A stretch of DNA of 63,922 nt, counting the filler, from Thelocarpon superellum (Eukaryota), in NCBI GenBank assembly GCA_026025795.1. It is 4 parts of 4 records of this genome, joined end to end, with 100 filler letters (N's around TTAATTAATTAA, not from the genome) between each part and the next. Parts side by side here need not be neighbours in the genome. Positions count along the whole stretch, not along the records: positions 16,098 to 32,090 come from JAPEUG010000400.1; positions 32,191 to 48,034 come from JAPEUG010000402.1; 2 more parts are not named here. One strand, written 5' to 3'. The notes under the pieces were generated by a model. The model was not told where the DNA came from and ran no database searches. It saw only the letters and a program-made list of their open reading frames with translations. A program made the position numbers and the translations under genes. Shown here one piece after another: positions 26,856-37,575 of the stretch; the stretch's first letter is position 1, and every line of letters begins with the position of its first letter.

Positions 26856-28369
26856 ATGGCGTCAGTATCACCGCCAAAGCCATGGGAAAGAGGTGGTGTA
26901 GCAGGAGGGACTGGTCGTGGTACGATACAAAATGCATCGTGTGATGCGATTCGATACTGATCATCTTTGCAGGCTTATCCACCGCCACGACCACGCCCCC
27001 AATCTCCAGCACATCATCCTTCGCAGCAGCACCAGCAGCTTCGTCGGCGACGACCTCTTTTTCACCATCCGAGCCGCCGGCATTACCACAACGACCTAGC
27101 ACACTAAATTCTGTGGTTAATCGGACGGCATCAAACTACTCACCTCTCAATACCAATCGATTTGCGACTCCATCGTATGGCGGAATCGGCACGGGCCTTG
27201 GCTCCTACGGCAGCTATTCGTCACCGTATTCACGAATTGGCGGGTACGGGGGGAGCATGTACGGCGGAATGGCGGGCATGGGGGGGATGGGTGGCTATGG
27301 AGGCATGTACGGAGGCATGGGCGGCATGGGCGGCATGGGCGGATACGGCATGGGCGGCATGCAAGGCGATCCCAACGATCCCAACAGCCTGACCAACAGC
27401 TTCAGTCAGAGCACCCAAGCCACCTTTCAGATCATCGAGAGCATCGTCGGGGCGTTTGGAGGGTTCGCCCAGATGCTGGAGAGCACGTATATGGCGACGC
27501 ACAGTTCATTCTTTGGTGAGTTAGCCCCTGCACTCTGTCCGATGACTCCACCAACACGACGAATAGCGATGGTATCGGTAGCAGAGCAGTTTGGGAATCT
27601 GCGCAACACGCTCGGATCGATCCTGGGCATCTTCACCCTGCTGCGATGGCTACGGACGCTTCTTGCCAAACTCACCGGCCGACCGCCCCCGGCTTCAGCG
27701 GGCGAACTCACCCCGGCGAGCTTCGCGCAATTTGAAGGACGCGCCACGCTCCCCGACGGCTCACCGGCCGCACCCCCTCGACCCTCGAAGAAGCCCTTCC
27801 TCGTCTTCCTCCTCGCGGCCTTCGGACTGCCCTATCTCATGGGAAAATTGATCCAAACGCTCGCACGAAACCAAGAAGAGGAAGAAGCACGACGACGACA
27901 AGCAGGCGGTGGTGGACCCCTCGGCCCGAACAGCGAAGCCCTCCCCAAGGGCGCCGCCGCGCAACAGCTCGACCCAAGCAAGCTGGACTTCTGCCGCGTG
28001 GCGTACGACTTCCACTCCGAAGCAGGCATGCCAGGCGTCGACCTGGACGTCAAGAAAGGTGACCTAGTCGCCGTGCTCTCCAAGTCCGACCCCATCGGCA
28101 ACTCGTCGGAATGGTGGCGCTGTCGCGCCCGCGACGGCCGTGTTGGATACCTGCCGAGTCCCTACCTGGAAGCCATCCCACGGAAGGCCGACACCGGCCT
28201 CCGTGCCATCACGAGCGGTAGTCAGGCTGGGGGTAGCAGCCGGACCGCCAGTCTGCGGAGCCAGACGTCAGCTGATGGCGCGGCGGCGGTGGGGACGGGC
28301 GTCGAGGTTCAAGGGAAAGTGGGAGATATATCGGCCGAGAGTTTCCAGAAGAGTCAGTTTTACCATTAG
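26856..28369 (+). CDS. PEX13: Peroxin 13 (Gly/Tyr/Met-rich N-terminus, C-terminal SH3 domain)
   Basis: MASVSPPKPWER, STQATFQIIESIVGAFGGFAQMLESTYMATHSSFF-AMVSVAEQF and SH3 DLDVKKGDLVAVL..WWRCRARDGRVGYLPSPY. Two introns. Confidence 0.95.
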
Positions 28370-28659
28370 TGTCATGCCGCCTCCCTGATGTCGTCTCCCT
28401 CACCGTCTCTCTACCTGCCTACCTACCTACCTACCCACCCACCTGTTCGGTCTGTATTCTTGGAGGGCCGGTCTGGTCGTTGTATCTCTTGGACGAAACG
28501 GGATGGAATGGGATGGGATGGGATAGGGTGGAAAGGGACGGGGTTTCTTTTGGGGTTTGGTGTGGTGTGGTATGGTGTGTATTCATGTCATGTTCGCGTC
28601 ATTTTGTAAATGCCACAATGGTCTAGGAGGATATAGATGGACCAAAAAAACATGGACCC

Positions 28660-29415
28660 TCAAGGATCTCCATTTGCCACCCCACTACCACCATCCAGAC
28701 CCGCATGCGGATGCGGATGAGCATGGGCGTGAGCGTAGTAGTACGCCGCGTCCGAAACCATGGGCCCGGCATAGGTTATCTCAGCGAGAGGCTGAGTATC
28801 ACGATGGGCGTAGACGGAAGCGGAGAAGCAGCCTAGATTGAACTGGTGCGCGACCACGAGATCGAGCAGGAACTGCAACGTCGCTCTCACGTCCTCCCAC
28901 GTCACGAAGAGCTCGTCTACGCTGCGATAGGCCGCGGACGGATGGAGGGTGAGGCTGAACCCGTCGGCGTAGAAGAGAGTGTATGTCCGTCCGAGGTCCA
29001 TCTGCTCGCCGTGCGCCACGCGGTTGACGGCGTCGTGGAGCGCGGCGGTCAGCGCGCGCTCGGCGAAGATTTGGTAGATCTTCAGGCTCCACAGGTGCGT
29101 GCGGATTCTGGCGTAGAGTAAGCGTGTCGCTGTCACGATCGAGAAGAAGGTCAGGGGTGACGGGCGCCGGAACTGGCGCGTGGAGAGCGCGATACTGCTC
29201 TTGTCGGACTGTTCCCGCGAGAGGTCATCTGACGGGTCTGTGGCGGAGTCGGAGGGTCCTCGCGCGACCGGGGCGAAGATGACGCTATCGATGCTCGTAG
29301 ATGGCTTTGAGTTTTTGTGAGGGCCGATCGCGTCAAATGATACCGGGCTGCATTGGACGAGCGGTGTGTCGTACATTAATCCACCGAGGATGATGGCCGC
29401 CTTGAGGATCTTCAT
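28660..29415 (-). CDS. Hypothetical secreted protein, 251 aa, no family recognised
   Basis: Intronless ORF with GC-rich third positions, a signal-peptide-like MKILKAAIILGGLM..VQCSP, an S/D-rich spacer and a His-rich tail. Confidence 0.6.
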   Translation of the reverse strand: MKILKAAIILGGLMYDTPLVQCSPVSFDAIGPHKNSKPSTSIDSVIFAPVARGPSDSATDPSDDLSREQSDKSSIALSTRQFRRPSPLTFFSIVTATRLLYARIRTHLWSLKIYQIFAERALTAALHDAVNRVAHGEQMDLGRTYTLFYADGFSLTLHPSAAYRSVDELFVTWEDVRATLQFLLDLVVAHQFNLGCFSASVYAHRDTQPLAEITYAGPMVSDAAYYYAHAHAHPHPHAGLDGGSGVANGDP

Positions 29416-30570
29416 GGTGATGATGAAGGGACGGAACGGTGATGGCGTCGTGAGGGTATTTCACTCGAGCTGTTACTTTTCAAAGTGGCCTGCTCAGATG
29501 GACTGCCCCAGCAACGATCGTCCTCGGCTCGCGCTCTCTAGATGACGTTCGGATCGATCGAGCGCGGAGTGACCACACGGAAGAGAAGAGGAAGAATGAA
29601 GAGAGATGGAACGAGAGGAAAGAATTGATGGCATAGTCGACCTCACGGTCGTTGAGAGATATCTGAGGAGCTCGCACATCACGCCACGAGAGTGGGAAAG
29701 TCTAAGGAGGGCAAAGACGAGAGGTAAATCCAGCCAGCCTCTCCACGTCGCTACATCAGATAGCCGATGATCTTTGCCCCACATCTTGTCAAGGCTGGGG
29801 CTGGAGTGGCTCTTAGAGAGACACGCCATTTTGTCCGTGCGGGAGCAGCCACGCGATGTCTACGGGTAGCATACTGGCAGTGGTGAATGGTGGAGTGTGG
29901 TAGGATCACGTCTTCGTCCGCGGATACGCGCGATGTGTGGACTACGCCTCGCATATCGCCAATCGCGTGAAAACATGCCTTCATGTCGTGATTAAATGCC
30001 TCCCCCTTGTTTTGTCTCGTCCATTTGGAGAAGCACCGTAAGCTGCGGGAAGATGTCGAGCTGTTGTCCTACGAGTGCCGAGGAGTCTCCATCATACAAT
30101 GCAAGTTCAATGCCCCGCAGATGACGACGAGTCTCCCTTCTATGGCCGACTCTATTCGGTAACTTCACTTAAGCGTCAAAGGATAAGGCACACTTGGTCA
30201 ACGTCTCACATAGCTACTGCCAAGAGGAAAGCTCGACAACCGTCAAGTCCCATCCACGCTACGCTACGCAAGTGATTGTATCGAGCATTCGATGCGTTAT
30301 CTTTCCACAATCGCGCTTCTACCTCTTCCTGGTCTGTCCACCTTGTCCGCGTGATCCGCAGCCCCCCGCTCATCAACTCCTTCCTTGAGCAGAATTGCGA
30401 AAAGGCATGTCGACGCATTGCGAGACTGGGTGAACCATCACGTTGTCCGTTCCAAACGCTCGACGCCAGCAACTTCCCTGCTCATTCGGCCCGGGAATCT
30501 AGGAGCAAGCTGAGAGCTAGATCGAGAACCAGACGAGAACACAAACACCCCCAACTCCTCTGCCATCCGC

Positions 30571-32037
30571 TCAACGACTTCCTGGACTCCCTTCGCTGCC
30601 TCGACCTAATCCCCCGATGTTGCTCGCATGCGCCAGTAAGAACTTGCAGCACGTCAGGGTATATTTACACGCCCTGGTCCAAGCCTCATCTTGGTTAAAG
30701 CCCAGTTTGATGCTCGCGTCGCCAATCCGATCTTTCTTGATCTCGTACGGCAGCTTCAGTCCCGGCAGGTTTCCACCTCCTGGCCGAGCCTGACCCGGAC
30801 CGTGTTCGACATACGCCCCGAGCTGTCGGAGGCACTCGAGAAAGGCGACCATGGCCAAGTCAAAGCGTCGATGGAGGAACATGCGGCCGAGCGGCAAGTC
30901 ACCCGAGGAGTAGAGCTCGAACGTCGTCACTTTGGCCGTGCCCGCGCGGTTCGGAGCGGATCCGACGCTCGATCCCGCCTGCACATGTTCCATCCTCTCG
31001 ATCTTGGACGTGGATCCCATCGGCTTCAGCTGGTACCCGTCGAACGTGAAGCCCAGCTTGTCGGCCACCGTCGCCAAGAGCAGTAGCGTCTGTCCCCATG
31101 CCGCGTTGATCTCGCCCCATTCGATCGCTTGACTGGCGAGTCGACCGAGTCGAAGACCGTTGATCGTGCCGAAGAATCCGTCGTGACCGATGCAGAAAGT
31201 GTCGTTGTACACGTTGGTCCGCTGCAGGCGCTCCAGCTGCCGAGAGTCGTGATCATACTGGAGATTGATGGCATCGCGCTCGTTCTGAAACTCCGAGAGC
31301 GTCAGTGCGAAGGCATTGCGCTCACGCCAGAACTGCTCCTCCGCGACATCCAGCTGACGTGCTTCTTCCCCGAGCTGGGCAATCTCGAGATCCATCGCGG
31401 CCTTCTCGCGTTCCAGCGCTTGGAGCTCGGCGAAGGCGGCATCTTCCTCCTTTTGCGCCGCCAGGAGGTCATCTTCCACCTTCTTCTGCTCCTCTTCTGT
31501 CGGCACCTCGCTATTGATCCGCTTGAGGAATTCCACGTAGGCGTCTCGCTCGCGTGTGGCTCCGTCTAGTCGCTTCTGTAGCCCGTCCAACAGGAGCTCC
31601 GTGCACTCGACGCAGATGGGGTGATCGACGTCTGACCGTGCCGAGAGAATCTCAAACAGGCGTGTCGTCGTCTCCATCTGATGCGACCATGATCTGGGTT
31701 GGTCGTCGGTCACGACGGACTCGGCCGGTGCCGCCTTGGACGGACTCAAGGATTTGCCAGCTGATCCGCGCCTGGGGATGTTCGGCGTCACGACCTGAGA
31801 GTCGGTGAGCATGACGAAAGACATGGCCGGGTGGTCGCCGCGTCGTGCCTTTGGCGATGCCCCGCTCTGGCTGCCGTGGACCAGAGCCTGGCGTGGTGCG
31901 GGGATGACGCGCTTGAAAGCTGGGGGCTGTCCCAGTGGCGAGGCATGGTCAAATACGTCGTGCCGAGCCTGGGGATATGGCGGCCGTGGTAGACCTGTCG
32001 CTCTGGTTTGCGTTGGGATGGATGCACTTGTCGCCCC
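30571..32037 (-). CDS. ATG6: Autophagy protein 6 / Beclin-1 / Vps30 (first exon beyond the contig end)
   Basis: MSFVMLTDSQ, LSARSDVDHPICVEC, coiled coil, LQRTNVYNDTFCIGHDGFFGTINGLRLGRL, WGEINAAWGQ and WTRACKYTLTCCKFLLAH. Confidence 0.95.
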   Translation of the reverse strand, partial: GATSASIPTQTRATGLPRPPYPQARHDVFDHASPLGQPPAFKRVIPAPRQALVHGSQSGASPKARRGDHPAMSFVMLTDSQVVTPNIPRRGSAGKSLSPSKAAPAESVVTDDQPRSWSHQMETTTRLFEILSARSDVDHPICVECTELLLDGLQKRLDGATRERDAYVEFLKRINSEVPTEEEQKKVEDDLLAAQKEEDAAFAELQALEREKAAMDLEIAQLGEEARQLDVAEEQFWRERNAFALTLSEFQNERDAINLQYDHDSRQLERLQRTNVYNDTFCIGHDGFFGTINGLRLGRLASQAIEWGEINAAWGQTLLLLATVADKLGFTFDGYQLKPMGSTSKIERMEHVQAGSSVGSAPNRAGTAKVTTFELYSSGDLPLGRMFLHRRFDLAMVAFLECLRQLGAYVEHGPGQARPGGGNLPGLKLPYEIKKDRIGDASIKLGFNQDEAWTRACKYTLTCCKFLLAHASNIGGLGRGSEGSPGSR

Positions 32038-32090
32038 TGTAGAGTGCTGAGTGAGACCTTGCGGCTGTAGATCGGACGAGGAGAGGTGAC

Positions 32091-32190
32091 NNNNNNNNNN
32101 NNNNNNNNNNNNNNNNNNNNNNNNNNNNNNNNNNTTAATTAATTAANNNNNNNNNNNNNNNNNNNNNNNNNNNNNNNNNNNNNNNNNNNN
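32091..32190. other. Artificial contig-joining spacer
   Basis: N44-TTAATTAATTAA-N44. Confidence 0.97.
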
Positions 32191-32425
32191 GTGTTTATGC
32201 GTATGCGTATGCGGGTGCGAATGCGGATGCGAATGCGCTCATTCATGATGGCGACGAATGCCATGACCGACCTGGACCAGGGGCCTGGGATTGGACCTGG
32301 ACTGTACTTGTAGAAGTCGGTGTAATGTAAGATGATGAAAAGAAAGTCGTCTTCCGTGCTGCCAACCAGAATATGCTTGTAACATCATAAGCTCCAACGT
32401 ACCCAGGACACCCGACGTGGCAGCA

Positions 32426-33582
32426 CTATGACCTCTCGACCGTAGCGCCGTCATGGGCAGGCTCGAGCAGGCGCCAATCGCACGTAATGCCCTCTTGGGC
32501 AAATTTCTCCACAATGACACGCGCAATGGCATCGAAATCGTGCGTCGCCAGGGCCAAGATAGTGGGGCCGGCGCCAGAGAGACATATCCCCAAGAGACCC
32601 GGATGCGACTTTGGCGTGAGCGAGCCCAGAATGTCCGCCAGGCCGGGGATCAGCGTCTGTCGGTAGGGCTGGTGCACGCGGTCCTGCATGGCCTCGTAGA
32701 TCATGTCGGCGTCGGGCGGCGACTGGCCCAGCGCCGGCACCAGAAGCGCCACGCGCTGCAGATTAAACACCACGTCCTGCCGCCCGTAGCTGGGGGGTAG
32801 CACGCCGCGGGCGCGCGCGGTCGACACTTCGAAGTCTGGGATGATGGCGACCGCTTTGATCTCTGGCGCCCACCGGAATTTCCGATAGTGGCTTATTCCC
32901 ACTGGAGGGGAGGGGGGTCGGAGGCCCGTGTCGAGACCGCCGGCAGGTTCGGGGAGAACTTCGCTGAGTGGGATCTCCTTCCGTGATGTGGCCTCGGCAG
33001 AGAGGTCAGCCAGATAGGTCCCGACGAAGCCGCCGTAGAGCGCCGCCGCGACGTTGTCGGGGTGTCGTTCGATCATCAGGCAGTAGTCGAGCACGCGGGG
33101 ACGCGGGAGCTGCAGGTTGCCGACTGCGTCGGCCAGGAGCACGCCCGCGACAACCGCTGCGCCGGAGGAGCCCAGGCCGCGCCCGAGCGGAATGGCGTTA
33201 GTAATGTGCAAGCGCGTGGTGCGTGGGAAGTCATGCTGGCCGTGGCATCGCAGCACGTACAATGCCGTGCGGGTGATCAGGTTCCGCTCGGGATCGAGCG
33301 ATACTTCGGCTTCGCCCACTCCGGAGTACGTGACCTGGCAGTTGAGCGGCGCCACTGGGCTCGGGTCATCGCTGATGTGTACTTGCAGCTCGAGCCATAT
33401 GGACAGGGCAAGCCCGATGACATCGAATCCTGGGCCTGGATTGAATATGTCAGAGCGCTTTCGGAGCGAGGGGGCATTCTCAGCGCACCAATGTTCGCGG
33501 ACGAACACGGCACCTCTGGAACATGTTAGTGGGTCAGCCACGAGGCGTTGGGATTCTTCGGATGCGTACTGATTGTGATCAT
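32426..33582 (-). CDS. THR1: Homoserine kinase (GHMP kinase)
   Basis: Exons 33582-33570, 33515-33489 and 33435-32426 give [59 protein letters not shown]. Confidence 0.95.
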
Positions 33583-33835
33583 CTACCCATTCGTTGATGG
33601 GTCTATTATCCACGATGTGGCCGGTGGGGGTTGCAAATGGGATGGGTGGAGGGTAACATTTGAAAAGTAAAGGTGGGGCAAGATCTATTTGCCGGGCCCA
33701 GGTACTCGACCACTGTAACGGTGATGTGTCCGTCATCGACCCGTTCAATCATGAGCCACGAGGACCAGGACGATCTGAATAATAGCTAATTACGAGTTTG
33801 ACGGTGTACATGATGCCAGCCACAGATCGGTTCAG

Positions 33836-34383
33836 TCATTCCCTTCCCTTGTCAGCCCCCTCTACTGCAAAGCTCTGGCCCTGACCTTCCGTGGCGCTGA
33901 ACTCCTCTTCAAACGTCTTCCATGCTCGTTCATCTCTCTTCAGCCGCTTCTCCCTCCGAATGCCAGCCTCGAAGGTCCTCAATCTCCGATCAGCCTCGAT
34001 CATGCCTCCCAGTGTCATACCGGACATCTGCAAGAAGACCTTGAATTGGATCGTCAGGCCTCGATATATCGGTGAGAGTACGTAGCCGGCGCCGCCCATG
34101 AGTAGACAGCAGATGCCCCACTACGGCGACTTAGCAAGGGATACCGTCACCTATTGGTATTCTAAAGATCAAGCCAATCATAGCCGGTTGCCGCAGGCAC
34201 AACTCAGGTATTCAAAAGGCACAGGAACTTACTTTGGCAGCTCCCGCTGCAGCTCCTCGAGCAGCTGCGCCAGACGCGGCGTCTGCTTCGCTAGCCTTCT
34301 TGTTGTTGAGGCTTAGACTACCGTCGTGGCGTCGCATCGTATCATGTTACTGCCGCATACCATCTGCCATGATATGAACCCAT
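33836..34383 (-). CDS. Small two-TM membrane protein resembling the HIG1/Rcf2 N-terminal region
   Basis: Three-exon model MGSYHGRC-LSLNNKK..AARGAAAGAAK-WGICCLLMGGAGYVLSPIYRGLTIQFKVFLQMSGMTLGGMIEADRRL. YRGLTIQFK resembles the Rcf2 N-terminus. Exon 1 is the least certain. Confidence 0.7.
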
Positions 34384-34623
34384 ATGTGATCGGGATGACG
34401 ATTGAAGATGTGGTCGTGTGAGCATGGGTAGACTGATATGTTTGGGCTAGGAAGACGGATTGACTAGTCTCCAACGTCATGAGCGAGTGGCATGGGATTC
34501 GCATGACTGGGCCGCCACGGTAGCTGCAACGTTCAACTACCCAAATCCTAGCCCAACCGCTCCAGGCTCCAACACCACGGACCACTCTCCACAAGGCGGT
34601 ATAGCCGTCATCTTCCCGGAAAG

Positions 34624-35401
34624 ATGGCTGCAGCAGAATCGATATCCGAGGCCCGGACAGCCACCATCAAGCGCGACACCAACGAGACCAAGATCCAGCT
34701 CCGCCTGAGCTTAGACGGCGGTGCATTGCCTACGTCAAATGGAGAAAATGAAGAAGACTTCGCCGATCACGCCACCCAAACCTCCGCCTCACAGAATATC
34801 AGCGTCGACACGGGCATCGGCTTCCTAGACCACATGCTGCATGCATTGGCCAAGCACGCTGGATGGAGCCTGCACCTCCGGACGCGGGGAGATCTACACA
34901 GTATGCCCTCTCCCACCTCGGTCCACCCATCCACCAGGCCTCTTCCTCAATCAGGCCAGACTAACCGCCATTGCCCTCTTCCCGGCTCCAGTCGACGACC
35001 ACCACAGCGCCGAAGACACATGTCTCGCACTAGGCAGCGCATTTCGGAGCGCGCTGGGAAGCAACAGCGTCGGGCTCGCGCGATTCGGACAGGCCTATGC
35101 GCCCTTGGACGAGGCCCTGGCACGCGCGGTGGTGGATTTGTCCAACCGGCCCTTCTCCGTCATTGATCTGGGCTTGCGGCGGGAGAAGATTGGCGACTTG
35201 AGTACCGAGATGCTGCCGCATTGCCTGCAGAGTTTTGCGCAGACGGCGGCGGTCACGCTGCACGTGGACGTGCTCAGGGGGGAGAACGATCATCATCGGG
35301 CCGAGGCGGCCTTCAAGGCTTTGGCGTGTGCCTTGCGCATGGCTACGCAGCGGGTCCGTGGGAGAGAAGGGGAGGTGCCGAGTACCAAGGGCGTGTTATG
35401 A
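34624..35401 (+). CDS. HIS3: Imidazoleglycerol-phosphate dehydratase
   Basis: [38 protein letters not shown] across intron 34901-34991, [18 protein letters not shown] and PSTKGVL. Confidence 0.97.
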
Positions 35402-35731
35402 CTTGTGATTGTAGTCGTAAGCATGGGTCGTCGTCGTCACGTTTGCGGGTAGATTGGAGGTATTCCATCTCGCGCAGTACATATTCATCTCCGAAAACGC
35501 CTGCGCTCCGTCCTAAGGGACCGTCTCATGTGGCAATATATTCCATGTTTCGAACCTCCCCGTCCATGTCGTAACCCATGCCTACGCCAAGATTGCCCCA
35601 GGGTCATTCCACTTCCCGCTGTCCAGTCACTGATATCCATCCTTTACCCACACCGCGTTGCCTCGTGTCGCCATCCTCCCGCCATTAAGGGCATAGCCGC
35701 GTCGGGGGGGCTTGATCGAGGGCACCGCTCA

Positions 35732-36602
35732 TCAGCGCACCTCAGGGGCGGCGGCCGCGGCGATGTCGTGGTTAATGGCCGCTGCGCTCTCATCGTGGGC
35801 GGTTGACTCAAAGAGCCGTCGCCACCACATGGGAGGATCCAAGGGCCGCGATCCGTTGTGTAAGGACGGGTAGACGTCGGAGAAGAAGTACCAGACTGGG
35901 GAGGGTCAGCGTGGATATCCATTGGGCGCTACCGGAGGCACTCACCGTGGCCGACTACGATCCCCATGATTTCGTCTTTCGGCACCGTGCCGTGGATCAC
36001 CAGCGAGAACCCCATCAACACCCAGGGTAGATATGGCGCGGTAAAGACCAGCAACCCAAGCAGGCTGAGGCGGGTCTCGGGATTTCGCCGGCTCCAGATG
36101 TATACCAGGCTCGACGACAAGGGAGAGCCAAGGAACGGCAGCGAGACAAGTGGTGAGAGGAGGATCAGAGAGGTGGTGGCGTAGAGGAGCAACCAGGTGA
36201 AGTGGGCGGGAGACCTGCCCGAGGACTCTTCGAGGAGCCGGGAATATCGCTGAAGGAAGAAGACGTGGAAGAGGAGGTCTAGGTTCAAGGGGGCGAAATA
36301 GAGAAAGGTCGAGAGCAGCCGCCAGTACTGTGGCGGGGCACGAGTCGGCACCGGTCAGCGCGGGCCGGGCATTGGAATTGCACTCGATCGCACTTGATCG
36401 CACGCGCGGGGGTGCGTCTTACCTGGTGCTTGATGAAGACCGCGCGGAAGCTATAGAAGAGCTGAAAGGGCGTGATGACTTGGCATTGTACCAAGAGGCT
36501 GGTGGCGACTGTGGCCGTGGTCCACCATCGCGTGCACACGGGCATCTCGTAGAACCACGTCTCGAGCGGAAAGTCGCCGCCGGCGCCGAGCATGCCGGCC
36601 AT
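35732..36602 (-). CDS. DER1: Derlin (Der1-like ERAD protein)
   Basis: MPVCTRWWTTA..QYWRLLSTFLYF..YSRLLEESS..LVYIWSRRNP..APYLPWVL..GIVVGH-VWYFFSDVYP. Two introns. Confidence 0.92.
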
Positions 36603-37575
36603 GTTGACGACCGTGGAGTTTCAACCGGGCGCGGACCGGGAGGCAGGAGGGTGCGAGGGAGGTCGAAGGTCAAGGAAAGGTCGGGCAGGAGGCGAATCGA
36701 CCGTGGAGAGTCCAGCTGGCCAGTCTTAGCGGAAGGCTCGGAAGCTACGGGCAGCCAGGCATGATGCTGCAGGACAGCGCTAGCTCGTTCACTTCCACGG
36801 ATGTGAGGAGTACCGCGTTTCAGATGCATACGGCAAGGCAGAGGACGGGCTGCACCACCCAGCAATGGCTGTTAAGTGAAGTCGCACTCGTCGTCAAGCG
36901 AGCGTGCTGGCTTACCAAGAACGCCTCTGGCCTGTAACGCAAGCATTGCCAGTCACCATCCCAGTGATGGTCCGAGGGCCGGTCGCGATTCACGAGGGAC
37001 TAGGAGTTTTTCCATGGAGGACCGCTCCCTGCCCAAGCCGTGAGACGCAAATACTGGAGTCGCCAAACACGTCAACAGAATACGCCCTTTCTTGACTTGG
37101 AAGGATACGTGAAGTGGATGTGAAGTTTGACAGCGTCTTGTTACACCTAATGGCGACTCGGGATGGCCATGTCCCAGTCGTCCTCGGAGTTCTCACCGAG
37201 ACGACGTGGAACGTGGGCGCGACCCCCTCTTTGCGTTCGCCCGCTTTGCTGACTACACTCCAGACCGTACCACGCGTGACCAGCACAAGCTGCCGCTAAT
37301 TCTCGTTCCGCCGTCCCCTCTAACGCCTCGGTGTGGTGCCTTCACGACAGCGGTATCACGCTTCTATGGTCTCGAATATTTGGCAGCTGCGTAGATATGG
37401 GGTGGTACATAGCCACAGCTCATGCCGGGATGATATGATGACGGACACGATGGCACATCCCCATGAAAGTCACGTTTTACGCCTCCAGCGATGCAAAAGG
37501 CCACCCATGAGATGAAGCGCTGACCCGTTCCCCGTCCGTCTGAGAGAAATGAGGCATGATCATGTCGATCCGCGC

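Noticed and set aside
30075..30470. Short ORFs downstream of ATG6
   Set aside because: No family motif and weak coding signal; probably intergenic or UTR.
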